Virus record (IMG/VR): IMGVR_UViG_2698536687_000001
DNA length: 64,000 nt
DNA from: a virus
Taxonomy: Duplodnaviria > Heunggongvirae > Uroviricota > Caudoviricetes
Strand: one strand, 5' to 3'
Position numbers and translations under genes: made by a program. Position 1 is the first letter of the stretch; each line of letters begins with the position of its first letter. This document shows positions 10,394-21,627 of this stretch, piece by piece. The notes under the pieces were generated by a model that saw only the letters and a program-made list of their open reading frames with translations, searched no databases and had not been told where the DNA came from.

Positions 10394-10774
10394 CTACTCC
10401 GCAGAACCATACAATCTACGTAACGTGTCGGCGACAGAAGATACAGATATCTCGCCAGTCGCAGCGCCTACAGTAAGGTCTGCCAGTTCAGGTGAATCAA
10501 ATACCTGCACCCCGTTACGGCGTAGAAATAACAGCGCACTGTTTAGCGCGGTACGCTTATTGGCATCATTGAATATATGCCCTCTCGCTGTAGCCACCAG
10601 GTAGGTGGCGGAGACTTCGAAAAGGTCGGTGATCTCTTCGTAGGCAACTCTGGCCTGAACTCTCCCGATAATGGCCTCTGCCCTACCCGGATCTGACATT
10701 CCCGGCAGGCCGCCGTAGCGGTTTATATTCGCATCATGAAGCGCAATAAGTTCTTCCGGTGATATATGCCTCAT
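10394..10774 (-). CDS. doc: Doc toxin (death on curing), 126 aa
   Basis: 126-aa [20 protein letters not shown]... recognised from memory as P1 Doc (Fic-fold kinase toxin); start overlaps phd stop. Confidence 0.9.
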   Translation of the reverse strand: MRHISPEELIALHDANINRYGGLPGMSDPGRAEAIIGRVQARVAYEEITDLFEVSATYLVATARGHIFNDANKRTALNSALLFLRRNGVQVFDSPELADLTVGAATGEISVSSVADTLRRLYGSAE

Positions 10775-10995
10775 TATCGGTTAACCAGTTCCTTGTTGGT
10801 GGAGTCCAGGGTGTCAAACAGGGATGCAAATTCAGCATCCAGCGCCGCTTTTTTGTAGGCTTCGAAAGTAGCCTTGCTGACAATTACTGCTGGCTCACGG
10901 CCTCTGCGGGTGATTTCAACCTCTTCCCCGGCCTCAACATTGTTGAGCACTTCAGAAAGGTTGCCGCGCGCGGTACGGAAGTTAATGGATTGCAT
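10774..10995 (-). CDS. phd: Phd antitoxin (prevent host death), 73 aa
   Basis: 73-aa ORF immediately upstream of doc with overlapping stop/start; size and context match Phd. Confidence 0.88.
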   Translation of the reverse strand: MQSINFRTARGNLSEVLNNVEAGEEVEITRRGREPAVIVSKATFEAYKKAALDAEFASLFDTLDSTNKELVNR

Positions 10996-11002
10996 AAATA
11001 CC

Positions 11003-11025
11003 TCGTGTACTCGTTATGTGTACAC
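11003..11025 (-). promoter_or_regulatory. Candidate phd/doc operator palindromes
   Basis: GTGTAC at 11005-11010 and palindrome GTGTACAC at 11018-11025 just upstream of phd start. Confidence 0.4.
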
Positions 11026-11171
11026 AATTATAAACTTCACAGGCATAAAGCACCAGCACTTTGCGGCTTAACAAACCTCTAGGCAGGTCATTCGTAGCCT
11101 AATGTCCGAACTGCTAAAGCATCCAAGTTGCTGTAGAATCACCGCCAATTACATAAGCCTGAAATAAGTGG

Positions 11172-12734
11172 ATGAAAATGACAAGTATTCAACAACGTGC
11201 AGAGCTTCATCGTCAAATCTGGCAAATTGCTAACGATGTCAGGGGTTCGGTCGATGGATGGGATTTTAAGCAATACGTTCTGGGCGCACTTTTCTACCGT
11301 TTTATCAGCGAAAATTTTTCCAGTTATATTGAAGCCGGTGATGACAGTATCTGTTATGCGAAACTGGATGACAGCGTAATTACTGATGACATTAAAGACG
11401 ATGCCATCAAAACTAAAGGCTACTTCATCTACCCCAGTCAGCTTTTCTGCAACGTAGCTGCGAAAGCAAATACTAATGACAGACTGAATGCAGATTTAAA
11501 CAGCATCTTCGTTGCTATCGAAAGTTCTGCTTACGGTTATCCTTCAGAAGCTGACATCAAAGGTTTGTTTGCTGATTTCGATACCACCAGTAACCGCCTG
11601 GGTAACACCGTTAAAGATAAAAATGCCCGCCTAGCTGCGGTTCTGAAAGGGGTTGAAGGGTTAAAACTTGGTGACTTCAACGAACATCAGATTGACCTGT
11701 TCGGTGATGCCTATGAGTTCCTGATCTCTAACTATGCGGCAAATGCCGGTAAGTCAGGCGGCGAGTTCTTTACACCGCAGCACGTCTCTAAGCTGATTGC
11801 ACAACTGGCTATGCACGGGCAGACCCACGTTAACAAAATCTACGACCCGGCAGCAGGCTCCGGTTCGCTGTTGTTGCAGGCTAAAAAACAGTTTGATGAC
11901 CATATCATCGAAGAAGGTTTTTTTGGTCAGGAAATCAACCATACGACCTATAACCTGGCGCGTATGAACATGTTTTTGCACAACATCAACTACGACAAGT
12001 TTGATATCAAGCTGGGCAATACGCTGACTGAACCGCACTTCAGAGATGAAAAACCGTTTGATGCCATCGTTTCTAACCCGCCGTATTCGGTGAAATGGAT
12101 TGGCAGCGATGACCCGACGCTGATTAACGATGAACGTTTTGCCCCAGCTGGCGTTCTGGCCCCCAAATCCAAAGCTGACTTTGCGTTTGTATTACATGCG
12201 CTGAACTATCTTTCTGCCAAAGGTCGTGCTGCGATTGTTTGCTTCCCGGGTATTTTTTACCGTGGCGGTGCGGAGCAGAAAATCCGTCAGTATCTGGTCG
12301 ACAATAACTATGTCGAAACCGTGATTTCACTGGCACCGAATCTGTTCTTTGGCACCACCATTGCCGTCAATATTCTGGTGTTGTCTAAACATAAAACCGA
12401 TACCAACGTTCAGTTTATTGACGCCAGCGAGCTATTCAAAAAAGAGACTAATAACAACATCCTGACTGATGCCCATATCGAACAGATTATGCAGGTATTT
12501 TCCAGCAAGGAAGATGTTGCTCATCTGGCAAAATCTGTCACGTTTGAGGCCGTTGTCGCTAATGACTATAACCTGTCGGTAAGCAGCTATGTGGAAGCGA
12601 AAGATAACCGCGAAATTATCGATATCGGTGAGCTGAATGCTGAGCTGAAAACCACGGTCAGCAAAATCGACCAGTTGCGTAAAGATATTGATGCGATTGT
12701 GGCTGAAATTGAAGGCTGCGAGGTGCAGAAATGA
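11172..12734 (+). CDS. hsdM: Type I restriction-modification methyltransferase subunit HsdM (type IC-like), 520 aa
   Basis: N6-adenine MTase motifs ([14 protein letters not shown] at SNPPYS); 520 aa; stop overlaps hsdS start. Confidence 0.9.
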   Translation: MKMTSIQQRAELHRQIWQIANDVRGSVDGWDFKQYVLGALFYRFISENFSSYIEAGDDSICYAKLDDSVITDDIKDDAIKTKGYFIYPSQLFCNVAAKANTNDRLNADLNSIFVAIESSAYGYPSEADIKGLFADFDTTSNRLGNTVKDKNARLAAVLKGVEGLKLGDFNEHQIDLFGDAYEFLISNYAANAGKSGGEFFTPQHVSKLIAQLAMHGQTHVNKIYDPAAGSGSLLLQAKKQFDDHIIEEGFFGQEINHTTYNLARMNMFLHNINYDKFDIKLGNTLTEPHFRDEKPFDAIVSNPPYSVKWIGSDDPTLINDERFAPAGVLAPKSKADFAFVLHALNYLSAKGRAAIVCFPGIFYRGGAEQKIRQYLVDNNYVETVISLAPNLFFGTTIAVNILVLSKHKTDTNVQFIDASELFKKETNNNILTDAHIEQIMQVFSSKEDVAHLAKSVTFEAVVANDYNLSVSSYVEAKDNREIIDIGELNAELKTTVSKIDQLRKDIDAIVAEIEGCEVQK

Positions 12735-13981
12735 GCGAGATGAGTTATCTGGAAAAATTGCTGGATGGGGTTGAGGTTGAATGGAAAGCAGTGGGCGATA
12801 TCGCCGGGTATTCAACAACCAAAGTTGATGCTGATAAACTTGATGCCACTTCATTCGTTGGCGTTGATAATCTCCTTGCTGATAAAGGCGGTCGCATTGA
12901 TGCCACCTATCAGCCTAATACGGCACGTTTAACTGCCTATGAGCCAGGTGATATTCTTTTAGGTAATATTCGCCCATATTTAAAGAAAGTTTGGATGGCG
13001 GAGAATAATGGCGGGTGCAGTGGTGATGTCCTTGCTATACGCATTTTAGCAGACTGTAAAAAAATTATTAGTCCAGAATATCTCTACTATGCATTATCGT
13101 CGGATTCATTTTTTTCTTACAGTATGCAGCACGCTAAAGGGGCAAAGATGCCTCGAGGCAGTAAAGATGCAATTTTAAACTATCAAATACCCATCCCTTG
13201 TCCCAGCGCCCCGGGAAAATCCCTTGCCATCCAGTCTGAAATCGTTCGGATTCTGGATAAATTTACTGCACTTACCGCTGAACTTACCGCTGAGCTTACC
13301 GCTGAGCTTAACATGCGTAAAAAACAGTACAACTACTATCGCGACCAGTTGTTTAGTTTTAAAGAGAGTGAGGTTGAGTGGAAGACCTTAGGGGAAATTG
13401 GCCATTTTACCCGAGGTAAACGTTTTGTTAAAACAGATATGCTTTCTGAAGGTTATCCATGTATTCATTATGGAGAAATGTATACTTATTACAACGTATG
13501 GACAAATAAAACAAAGTCATTTGTTAGCCATGAACTGGCAAGTAAATTAAGAGTTTCAGAGTATGGTGATGTGATAATTGTTGCTGCCGGGGAAACAATT
13601 GAAGATATAGGAAAAGGAACAGCTTGGTTGGGTAAATCAAATGTTGTTTTTCATGATGCTTGCTTTTCATACAGATGCTTACTAAACCCTAAATATATTG
13701 CATACTTTACTCGAACAAAAATATTCCATGATCAAATAAAAAAACACATATCTTCAGGAAAGATATCAGCAATTAACGCAAATGGGTTATCCAAGGTAAA
13801 AATACCTATGCTTTCAGCGAAGGAACAAGCTCGCATTGTCGACATACTCGATAAATTCGACACCCTGACTAACTCTATCACTGAAGGTCTTCCGCGTGAA
13901 ATCGAGTTGCGCCAGAAACAATACGAGTACTATCGTGATTTACTGTTCAGTTTCCCAAAACCTGAAACTGTCAGTAATTAA
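12731..13981 (+). CDS. hsdS: Type I RM specificity subunit HsdS, 416 aa, with three central TAEL repeats
   Basis: Two target-recognition domains separated by central conserved region [13 protein letters not shown]; terminal conserved region [14 protein letters not shown]. Confidence 0.9.
   Translation: MSEMSYLEKLLDGVEVEWKAVGDIAGYSTTKVDADKLDATSFVGVDNLLADKGGRIDATYQPNTARLTAYEPGDILLGNIRPYLKKVWMAENNGGCSGDVLAIRILADCKKIISPEYLYYALSSDSFFSYSMQHAKGAKMPRGSKDAILNYQIPIPCPSAPGKSLAIQSEIVRILDKFTALTAELTAELTAELNMRKKQYNYYRDQLFSFKESEVEWKTLGEIGHFTRGKRFVKTDMLSEGYPCIHYGEMYTYYNVWTNKTKSFVSHELASKLRVSEYGDVIIVAAGETIEDIGKGTAWLGKSNVVFHDACFSYRCLLNPKYIAYFTRTKIFHDQIKKHISSGKISAINANGLSKVKIPMLSAKEQARIVDILDKFDTLTNSITEGLPREIELRQKQYEYYRDLLFSFPKPETVSN
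13272..13307 (+). repeat. 3 x 12-bp direct repeat (CTTACCGCTGAR) encoding TAEL x3 in HsdS central spacer
   Basis: cttaccgctgaa cttaccgctgag cttaccgctgag read directly. Confidence 0.95.
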
Positions 13982-14102
13982 TTGACCATTGCTACCGACC
14001 GGGCCACCTTAACACCCGGTCAGTATATAGACTATTTTTTACACGCTGGAAGTCACAATTACCGCCCTTCCGGCCCTTGCCAGACGGCACAAAGGATGCG
14101 CT

Positions 14103-17100
14103 ATGACTCATCAAACACACACCATTGCTGAATCTAATAACTTTATCGTTCTTGATAAGTACATCAAAGCTGAGCAAACAAGCGACAGCTACCAGAGCGA
14201 ATCGGACCTGGAACGTGAACTGATTCAGGACCTGCGAAATCAGGGCTATGAATTTATATCCGTAAAATCACAGTCGGCAATGCTGGCCAATGTTCGGGAA
14301 CAGCTTCAGAACCTCAATGGTGTGGTGTTTAATGACAGCGAATGGAGGCGTTTCACGGAGCAGTATCTGGACAACCCGAGCGATGGCATTCTGGATAAGA
14401 CCCGTAAAATCCATATCGACTATATTTGCGACTTTATTTTTGATGACGAGCGTCTTGAGAATATCTATCTGATAGATAAAAAGAATCTCATGCGTAATAA
14501 GGTGCAGATTATCCAGCAGTTTGAACAGGCGGGTTCTCATGCTAACCGTTATGACGTCACGATCCTGGTTAATGGCTTACCACTGGTACAAATCGAACTG
14601 AAAAAGCGTGGTGTAGCGATTCGTGAGGCTTTCAACCAGATACATCGTTACAGTAAAGAGAGTTTTAACAGCGAAAATTCCCTGTTTAAGTATCTGCAGC
14701 TGTTCGTCATTTCCAACGGCACTGATACCCGTTATTTTGCCAACACCACAAAGCGCGATAAAAACAGTTTTGACTTCACCATGAACTGGGCTAAATCAGA
14801 CAATACACTGATTAAAGACCTCAAAGACTTTACCGCTACCTTTTTCCAGAAACATACTCTGCTTAATGTTCTGGTGAACTACAGCGTTTTTGACAGCAGT
14901 CAGACACTACTGGTAATGCGACCGTACCAGATTGCCGCCACCGAGCGCATTCTGTGGAAAATTAAGAGTTCCTTTACAGCGAAGAACTGGTCAAAACCGG
15001 AAAGCGGTGGGTATATCTGGCACACTACCGGTTCTGGTAAAACCCTCACCAGCTTTAAAGCCGCGCGTCTGGCAACAGAGCTGGACTTTATTGATAAAGT
15101 CTTCTTTGTGGTCGACAGGAAAGACCTCGATTACCAGACCATGAAGGAATATCAGCGTTTTTCGCCAGACAGCGTCAACGGCTCGGAAAATACCGCAGGC
15201 CTTAAACGAAATCTGGATAAGGACGATAACAAAATTATCGTCACTACTATTCAGAAACTTAATAACCTGATGAAAGCAGAAAGCGACCTGCCTGTATATA
15301 ATCAGCAAGTGGTGTTTATATTTGATGAATGCCACCGCAGCCAGTTTGGAGAAGCGCAGAAAAACCTGAAGAAGAAATTCAAACGCTATTATCAGTTTGG
15401 TTTTACCGGCACACCTATTTTCCCGGAAAACGCCTTAGGCTCAGAAACGACCGCCAGCGTATTTGGTCGTGAATTGCATTCGTATGTAATTACCGATGCG
15501 ATTCGTGATGAAAAAGTGCTCAAATTCAAGGTGGACTACAACGATGTGCGGCCACAGTTTAAGTCTTTAGAGACAGAAACTGACGAGAAAAAACTAAGTG
15601 CGGCTGAAAATCAGCAGGCGTTTCTTCATCCCATGCGTATTCAGGAAATCACGCAATATATCCTGAACAACTTCCGCCAGAAAACCCACCGTACCTTCCC
15701 AGGCTCCAAAGGCTTTAATGCCATGCTGGCAGTGAGCAGCGTGGATGCCGCGAAAGCCTATTACGCGACGTTTAAACGGTTACAAGAAGAAGCCGCTAAT
15801 AAATCGGCTACCTATAAACCGCTGCGTATTGCGACAATCTTCTCCTTTGCCGCCAATGAAGAACAAAATGCCATTGGTGAAATTTCCGATGAAACTTTTG
15901 ATACCAGCGCAATGGACAGCAGTGCTAAAGAGTTTCTGGACGCTGCAATTCGTGAATATAACAGCCATTTTAAAACTAACTTTAGCACCGACAGTAACGG
16001 TTTTCAGAACTACTATCGTGATTTAGCCCAGCGGGTTAAAAATCAGGATATCGATCTGCTAATTGTCGTGGGGATGTTTTTAACCGGCTTCGATGCTCCA
16101 ACATTGAACACGCTATTCGTCGATAAAAACTTGCGTTTTCACGGCCTGATGCAGGCATTTTCCCGCACCAACCGTATTTATGATGCAACTAAAACCTTCG
16201 GTAATATCGTCACTTTCCGGGATCTGGAACGCTCAACTATTGATGCCATAACGCTGTTTGGTGACAAAAACACCAAAAATGTGGTGTTAGAAAAGAGTTA
16301 TACAGAGTATATGGAAGGCTTTACTGATGCTGCTACAGGTGAAGCTAAACGCGGCTTCATGACAGTAGTTTCAGAACTGGAACAACGGTTCCCTGACCCT
16401 GCCAGTATTGAAAGTGAAAAAGAGAAGAAAGACTTCGTTAAACTGTTTGGCGAATACCTGCGTGCCGAGAACATCCTGCAAAACTATGATGAATTTGCCA
16501 CGCTAAAAGCCCTGCAACAAATCGATCTTAGCGATCCTGTTGCGGTAGAAAAATTCAAAGCAGAACATTATGTGGATGATGAAAAGTTCGCTGAATTGCA
16601 AACAATTCGTCTCCCTGCTGATCGCAAGATTCAGGATTATCGTTCTGCCTATAACGATATTCGCGACTGGCAGCGCCGTGAGAAAGAAGCTGAGAAAAAA
16701 GAGAAATCAACCACTGACTGGGATGACGTAGTTTTTGAGGTCGATTTGCTGAAGTCTCAGGAAATAAACCTGGATTATATCCTTGGACTGATTTTCGAAC
16801 ACAACAGACAAAATAAAGGCAAGGGCGAAATGATCGAAGAGGTCAAACGCTTAATTCGTTCAAGCCTGGGGAACCGAGCGAAAGAGGGCCTGGTGGTCGA
16901 TTTTATTCAGCAAACGAACCTGGATGATTTACCAGATAAAGCCAGTATCATTGAGGCATTCTTTACGTTTGCTCAACGCGAACAGCAACGTGAAGCAGAA
17001 GCATTGATAAAAGAAGAAAATCTCAATGAAGAAGCAGCAAAACGCTATATTCGCACGTCTTTAAAACGCGAATACGCCACCGAAAATGGCACAGAATTAA

Positions 17101-17219
17101 ACGAAACATTACCAAAACTTAGTCCATTGAATCCGCAATATAAAACGAAAAAACAGGCAGTTTTCCAGAAAATCGTCTCGTTTATTGAGAAGTTTAAAGG
17201 CGTAGGCGGAAAAATATAG
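14103..17219 (+). CDS. hsdR: Type I RM restriction endonuclease/translocase subunit HsdR, 1038 aa
   Basis: Separate ORF 120 bp downstream of hsdS; helicase motifs (TGSGKT Walker A, DECH box) and N-terminal nuclease region. Confidence 0.9.
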   Translation: MTHQTHTIAESNNFIVLDKYIKAEQTSDSYQSESDLERELIQDLRNQGYEFISVKSQSAMLANVREQLQNLNGVVFNDSEWRRFTEQYLDNPSDGILDKTRKIHIDYICDFIFDDERLENIYLIDKKNLMRNKVQIIQQFEQAGSHANRYDVTILVNGLPLVQIELKKRGVAIREAFNQIHRYSKESFNSENSLFKYLQLFVISNGTDTRYFANTTKRDKNSFDFTMNWAKSDNTLIKDLKDFTATFFQKHTLLNVLVNYSVFDSSQTLLVMRPYQIAATERILWKIKSSFTAKNWSKPESGGYIWHTTGSGKTLTSFKAARLATELDFIDKVFFVVDRKDLDYQTMKEYQRFSPDSVNGSENTAGLKRNLDKDDNKIIVTTIQKLNNLMKAESDLPVYNQQVVFIFDECHRSQFGEAQKNLKKKFKRYYQFGFTGTPIFPENALGSETTASVFGRELHSYVITDAIRDEKVLKFKVDYNDVRPQFKSLETETDEKKLSAAENQQAFLHPMRIQEITQYILNNFRQKTHRTFPGSKGFNAMLAVSSVDAAKAYYATFKRLQEEAANKSATYKPLRIATIFSFAANEEQNAIGEISDETFDTSAMDSSAKEFLDAAIREYNSHFKTNFSTDSNGFQNYYRDLAQRVKNQDIDLLIVVGMFLTGFDAPTLNTLFVDKNLRFHGLMQAFSRTNRIYDATKTFGNIVTFRDLERSTIDAITLFGDKNTKNVVLEKSYTEYMEGFTDAATGEAKRGFMTVVSELEQRFPDPASIESEKEKKDFVKLFGEYLRAENILQNYDEFATLKALQQIDLSDPVAVEKFKAEHYVDDEKFAELQTIRLPADRKIQDYRSAYNDIRDWQRREKEAEKKEKSTTDWDDVVFEVDLLKSQEINLDYILGLIFEHNRQNKGKGEMIEEVKRLIRSSLGNRAKEGLVVDFIQQTNLDDLPDKASIIEAFFTFAQREQQREAEALIKEENLNEEAAKRYIRTSLKREYATENGTELNETLPKLSPLNPQYKTKKQAVFQKIVSFIEKFKGVGGKI

Positions 17220-17298
17220 CCCAATTCGTGTTTTTCTTGCGGGTTCTTAATTAAACCCGCAAGAGACCGTGGGGTTCCAAATGGCTAATATACTCCCC

Positions 17299-17385
17299 TT
17301 ACCCATGCGCGACGATGCCGCCAAAAGTGATAGAGAACAGCCAGAAATAGATCGCGGTCATAATGATTTTGAATACCGTGTTCAT
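17299..17385 (-). CDS. Candidate small hydrophobic peptide, 28 aa (MNTVFKIIMTAIYFWLFSITFGGIVAHG)
   Basis: Short ORF with RBS-like AGGAGCTG, located just downstream of a C1 operator-like site; not in supplied ORF track (below length cutoff). Confidence 0.25.
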   Translation of the reverse strand: MNTVFKIIMTAIYFWLFSITFGGIVAHG

Positions 17386-17469
17386 ATCTTCAGCTCCTGT
17401 GATTGATTGGATATATGCCGCGCCCCTTGCGGCATGTTTTTATTTTCACTTTCTCTGTTTTAAAAAACA

Positions 17470-17486
17470 AGATTTATTAGAGCAGC
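17470..17486 (-). promoter_or_regulatory. C1 operator-like site
   Basis: AGATTTATTAGAGCAGC, 3 mismatches. Confidence 0.45.
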
Positions 17487-17992
17487 TATTGTTGATGGAG
17501 AAGCACGTTTTCATACTCCCTGACCATTAACGTAAGTACGCCGTGACTCCTGAAAACACGCGCTACTTCAATCTTATCTTCCAGCGCGAACGCAATTTTA
17601 CTTAGACCAATTTTCTTAAGGAGATTAATCTTTGCTGGACCATCATTTCTGTCATCGGTGGCAGGACGCATAGATAGCAAAGGCTCAGCCCCGTTTGTTA
17701 CGTGCTTACGCAACCAGGCTCGTGTTTTATCCCTGGCTATCTCACAGCGCCCGGTTACAAACCAGAGCGTGTAAATGCAGGACAACTGGCGCACCATATC
17801 AATAACTGGAGTTATGGGTGTATCGGTGTCACAGGCGAGATTAAACTCGTTCCAGTCCTTTGTTAATGCACCTTTGCCTGGTGGCGGAAGCAAATGCAGC
17901 CTGTCTTCAGTTGCTTCTGATATTGTTCCATCAATATCGACTACGACGATGTACGGACGTTCCAGGTGTGCCTGTTTGTTGAAAATACTCAA
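17486..17992 (-). CDS. HAD-superfamily phosphatase-like protein, 168 aa
   Basis: Motif VVDIDGT near N-terminus (HAD motif I DxDGT). Confidence 0.55.
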   Translation of the reverse strand: MSIFNKQAHLERPYIVVVDIDGTISEATEDRLHLLPPPGKGALTKDWNEFNLACDTDTPITPVIDMVRQLSCIYTLWFVTGRCEIARDKTRAWLRKHVTNGAEPLLSMRPATDDRNDGPAKINLLKKIGLSKIAFALEDKIEVARVFRSHGVLTLMVREYENVLLHQQ

Positions 17993-18064
17993 ATGCCCTC
18001 CTCATTGGACGAAAAAAATGCTGGTGGGCGCACTCCACCAGCATTAAAAGTGACACTGTAACTA

Positions 18065-19327
18065 TCAGCGAACGTAAATAGTACCGCCGTTCTCTTTTTC
18101 CCATGCATCGCTACGTGCATAGCAAACATCGAGAAGTCTTCTTGCCGCAGTTTCCTCTAAACCCAATTCAACAACCAACTGCTCATGACGGCGGGTAACT
18201 ACATCAAATAGGCTATGCAGCCCTTTATTGGCCAGTTCATCAATGAATTCCGGTTCGAACGGCAGCTCTGCCTCTGCCAACATAACCTCTTGCGCCCACT
18301 CAACTCGACGGACCAATTCCGGGCGGCGGCTTTCCATCTCTTTACAGATCAATTCATGGAAGAACTCTACCCAACCTTCCGGCTGGAACTCGCGGAAAAT
18401 TGCCAACGGCTGGAAGTTTGGCATCAACCATTCGTTGATTCGGATATCAATGGCATAGCCCATGTCGCAGCAGAACTGATAAGCAAAGTCCAGCTTAGAA
18501 ACGATATAAGGACGCTCGTTATTGAACTCTTTAGGCGATGAGATCCCATAAGCCAGGAGGCGCGGGAAGAAGGAGATTTGCCCTAACGTCGGATGAAGTT
18601 TGCTTGCAGGGAAACGGCGCTCAGTAATGCCATACATTTCCTTCTTGAGCGTCGCAAATTTGGCATTCTCATTAACCAGCGCGGTAACCTCTGCTTTTTT
18701 ATTAGCAAATGCCACGCGCGCTTCGCTTGCATCTTTAATAGTTTTTTTGAGCTGTTGGTTAAGGTCGGCGACCTGCTTACGCAGTTCCTGTCGCTCGCTT
18801 TTAGCTTTGTTATAGCGTTTCTCAAGGTTAAAAGGATCAAGTTTCATGATCTCTTTATATTGAGATTTTAGCGTTGAAATCTGTGAGTTCCGCAGTTCAA
18901 CCATCGCGGTCATTTCATTGAGTTTTGTTTCCAGCTCAATGCTTATACGTTCGGCATTATCAGCACGCTGGTTGGCGTCATGCGTCGCATCGTCGATCGC
19001 GTCCTGTTGCTGGCGTTTCAAATGTTCAATTTGTAGCTGAAGCTCTTCAATTTCTTTACCCTTCAGACCGAGATCCAACTGCATATTTTCAGCTGCATCT
19101 ACCAGGGAGTTATGGCTATCAGCTTCTGCGTTATAAACATCAATAAGCTGTGCGTGAAGCATCTCCGCTGACTGAACCGCATTATCAAAAAAACGCGCTG
19201 TGAGGTCATCACAACTAACGCGGCGTTGCGCGGCCCGGATGTTCTGGATAATGGCCGGGATACCGGCATTCAGGACGTCAGGGATAGATACATTTTCGAT
19301 TGATTGGTTTTGTGCTGAAGTGATCAT
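18065..19327 (-). CDS. Hypothetical coiled-coil protein, 420 aa
   Basis: Long heptad-rich central region (EELQLQIEHLKRQQQDAIDD...); no catalytic motif recognised. Confidence 0.5.
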   Translation of the reverse strand: MITSAQNQSIENVSIPDVLNAGIPAIIQNIRAAQRRVSCDDLTARFFDNAVQSAEMLHAQLIDVYNAEADSHNSLVDAAENMQLDLGLKGKEIEELQLQIEHLKRQQQDAIDDATHDANQRADNAERISIELETKLNEMTAMVELRNSQISTLKSQYKEIMKLDPFNLEKRYNKAKSERQELRKQVADLNQQLKKTIKDASEARVAFANKKAEVTALVNENAKFATLKKEMYGITERRFPASKLHPTLGQISFFPRLLAYGISSPKEFNNERPYIVSKLDFAYQFCCDMGYAIDIRINEWLMPNFQPLAIFREFQPEGWVEFFHELICKEMESRRPELVRRVEWAQEVMLAEAELPFEPEFIDELANKGLHSLFDVVTRRHEQLVVELGLEETAARRLLDVCYARSDAWEKENGGTIYVR

Positions 19328-19328
19328 T

Positions 19329-19547
19329 TCAAAGTTCCGTATTAGCTTGTGCTTCGGTCATTTTTCCTAAGTATGAAGGAGGAAGGACTACGCAATTTGT
19401 ATCCAGTCCCTCACCTATGGCAGCCTGTAAAATTCTGGCTAAGGTGAGTCTCTTGTTGCGATACCTGGTGATGACATGCCTGATACCGCCGGTCGGCGTA
19501 ACAAAGGCGATCAGCCAGTAGTGATATTTCCGTCGGAATGGCCACAT
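19329..19547 (-). CDS. Hypothetical protein, 72 aa
   Basis: ORF directly downstream of paired C1 operator-like sites; stop abuts next gene start. Confidence 0.4.
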   Translation of the reverse strand: MWPFRRKYHYWLIAFVTPTGGIRHVITRYRNKRLTLARILQAAIGEGLDTNCVVLPPSYLGKMTEAQANTEL

Positions 19548-19561
19548 AGTGCACCTTGTAG

Positions 19562-19578
19562 ATTGCTCTAATAAAAAA
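19562..19578 (+). promoter_or_regulatory. C1 operator-like site (one of a facing pair)
   Basis: ATTGCTCTAATAAAAAA, 3 mismatches at the 3-prime end. Confidence 0.5.
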
Positions 19579-19610
19579 CGTGATGAGTGTACATCACGTT
19601 TTAAAAATAT

Positions 19611-19627
19611 GGAATTATTAGAGCAAT
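19611..19627 (-). promoter_or_regulatory. C1 operator-like site (one of a facing pair)
   Basis: GGAATTATTAGAGCAAT, core intact, 3 flank mismatches. Confidence 0.5.
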
Positions 19628-19628
19628 A

Positions 19629-20330
19629 TTATTCTGATTCTCGCTCAAAAAATGAGCTGATAAGGGGAAGCCAATCCTCTGACACTTCGCGAGGTCGCGG
19701 TTTGCCGTGGAAAAAGATTATTCGGCAGTCTTTTGGTAATGCCCCATTCCCCCTGGAGTAACGCGCGCTCGCATATTTTGAACCAGGTTCCACAACATCG
19801 GCCTTGTAACTTACAAACCATCCTGGATACAGATCCTGAAATGCTGGTGTATCATCGCCCATAACCTTTCGTAAGAACCCCTGGTCACCCCAGCACTCAG
19901 TAGTGACACAACGAGAAATCCAACCTTCCGGATCTTGCCAGAATGAACTCCAGATATGCGCTTTAACACTATTTGGTATCCACAGGGCACCGCTGCCACG
20001 ATATTGTGGATGGTAAAAATCCCTAAGCATGGTGAAGCTGGTTGGTGGATGCTCTAGGATTGGGCGTATATCACCGGCAATAACCGTGTCCAAATCCAGA
20101 TAGAACAGATCATCGGTTATATCCGGTCGGAACAACTCGATTTTCGCCCACCAGCCACGGCACTTTTGCCACTGGTTGATCAATGGGATAACTTTGACGC
20201 CAGGTACATGTAAACACTTCAGGTCTGTCAGGCAAATAATTTCATAGTCTTTTGGCAGTTGATTAACCAGCCACTGCACATCGGAAGCGTTATAGTCACC
20301 ACCAGAGCGAAGAACTAAAGCAATCTTCAT
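19629..20330 (-). CDS. Hypothetical protein, 233 aa
   Basis: ORF starting 3 nt after upstream phosphatase stop; no domain recognised. Confidence 0.5.
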   Translation of the reverse strand: MKIALVLRSGGDYNASDVQWLVNQLPKDYEIICLTDLKCLHVPGVKVIPLINQWQKCRGWWAKIELFRPDITDDLFYLDLDTVIAGDIRPILEHPPTSFTMLRDFYHPQYRGSGALWIPNSVKAHIWSSFWQDPEGWISRCVTTECWGDQGFLRKVMGDDTPAFQDLYPGWFVSYKADVVEPGSKYASARYSRGNGALPKDCRIIFFHGKPRPREVSEDWLPLISSFFERESE

Positions 20331-21019
20331 GCTGCACCATCACCTTTCACTTTCATCAATGTCAGGTTTCCGCAAAATACGGCACCAGTGTCGATATACT
20401 GCTGATTCCAGAATGTCTTCGGGCTTTTCACCGGAGTGTGACCAAAGATAAAACGATCTGCGCCCGAAATTTCGCCACCAATATCATCCATCGAATCACT
20501 GATACGCTCGCGCGCCCAGACAACGTTGAAAAGCGGTACCTCCTTACCGAATTGGTATTCATTATCCGGATAGTCGGCATGGGCTATAACGATAGTTTCT
20601 TGCCCGGTGTTCAACTCAATGATATAGGGCAGACGCTTTACCAGCTCCACCAGCGCCCAGGCTAATATTTCCTGATCAGTGTCCAGCATGAAGAACCATT
20701 GTCCGCCATTCATTAGCCAGTTATTCACGTTGCCATCTGGACTTAACGCATCAATCATCAGCCGCTCATGGTTCCCCATCACTGCCCTGAACCAGGGCAT
20801 CTGCAATAGTTCCAGACATTCGACATTTTCAGTACCGCGATCGATAAGGTCGCCGACCGATATCAGTAAATCCTGCGCCGGGTCAAAATCCACACGATGG
20901 AGTTCGGACATCAGTCTGGTGTAGCAACCATGCAGATCACCAACAACCCAGACATTCCTGTATTTGGTACCGTCGATACGGTGATAAATTGTGGGTGCCA
21001 TCATGTATTCTTCAGCCAT
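20327..21019 (-). CDS. Ser/Thr protein phosphatase (lambda PPase/PrpA-like metallophosphatase), 230 aa
   Basis: Metallophosphatase motifs GDLHG, GDLIDRG, GNHE read in translation. Confidence 0.8.
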   Translation of the reverse strand: MAEEYMMAPTIYHRIDGTKYRNVWVVGDLHGCYTRLMSELHRVDFDPAQDLLISVGDLIDRGTENVECLELLQMPWFRAVMGNHERLMIDALSPDGNVNNWLMNGGQWFFMLDTDQEILAWALVELVKRLPYIIELNTGQETIVIAHADYPDNEYQFGKEVPLFNVVWARERISDSMDDIGGEISGADRFIFGHTPVKSPKTFWNQQYIDTGAVFCGNLTLMKVKGDGAA

Positions 21020-21627
21020 TCTTTAAGAGTCATCTGCGGAATACCTCCCATTTTCCCGCATGAAACAACGTCAATCTGTTCACGCGCAGACTGGAATAAC
21101 AAAGGCAGGTGACTTAGATTTTTTGGCGTGCCGCCGGAGTGAACGCGTGGTTCTTGTGTAGCGTCAACGCCCACCAGGGCGACATGTTTGAATCCGATAT
21201 GGAAAGCCAGGTTCAGAGCGCCATATGCACTATTGCCGCTGGCAATTTCATTCTCATCTTCGCAAAGTCCGAAATGTGCGGACCAGCGCCACGCCCACCA
21301 CTCGGGAGAATTCGTATTTTTTGGCTCCATGCCACGTTCAGCCACACGACGGAAGCACAGAACGCCGTCTCTGACTTCACGTTCTTTAACATCGGGTAGT
21401 GCCATGCAATAACAAACACCACGGCGACGGCGGCCACGACCAACGCGCCGCATATTGTCTGGCGATGGATCAAGTGTGAAAAAATAAGAAGCGCGGTTCA
21501 GCCAGTCGATGGCCCCATTGACCGCTATAATCGGCACTCCGCGCGGCGCAACAAAGTTTGCGGCGCTTGGGCCACTGCCGACGATAATAACGCGATCACT
21601 GCCTCTAAATTTATTCTTGGGAAACAT
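21001..21627 (-). CDS. DUF115/MptE-like protein, paralog 1, 208 aa
   Basis: GSGPS ... IAVNGA motif pattern shared with the adjacent paralog; family assignment from memory, moderate. Confidence 0.5.
   Translation of the reverse strand: MFPKNKFRGSDRVIIVGSGPSAANFVAPRGVPIIAVNGAIDWLNRASYFFTLDPSPDNMRRVGRGRRRRGVCYCMALPDVKEREVRDGVLCFRRVAERGMEPKNTNSPEWWAWRWSAHFGLCEDENEIASGNSAYGALNLAFHIGFKHVALVGVDATQEPRVHSGGTPKNLSHLPLLFQSAREQIDVVSCGKMGGIPQMTLKEWLKNT

Noticed and set aside
17232-17266. Hairpin after hsdR as a canonical intrinsic terminator
   Set aside because: The T-run precedes rather than follows the stem on the plus strand and an A-run follows it on the minus strand, so it is not canonical for either direction; kept only as a stable hairpin.
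19549-19761. 70-aa plus-strand ORF
   Set aside because: Starts inside the paired operator-like sites and is antisense to the 233-aa gene; no RBS.
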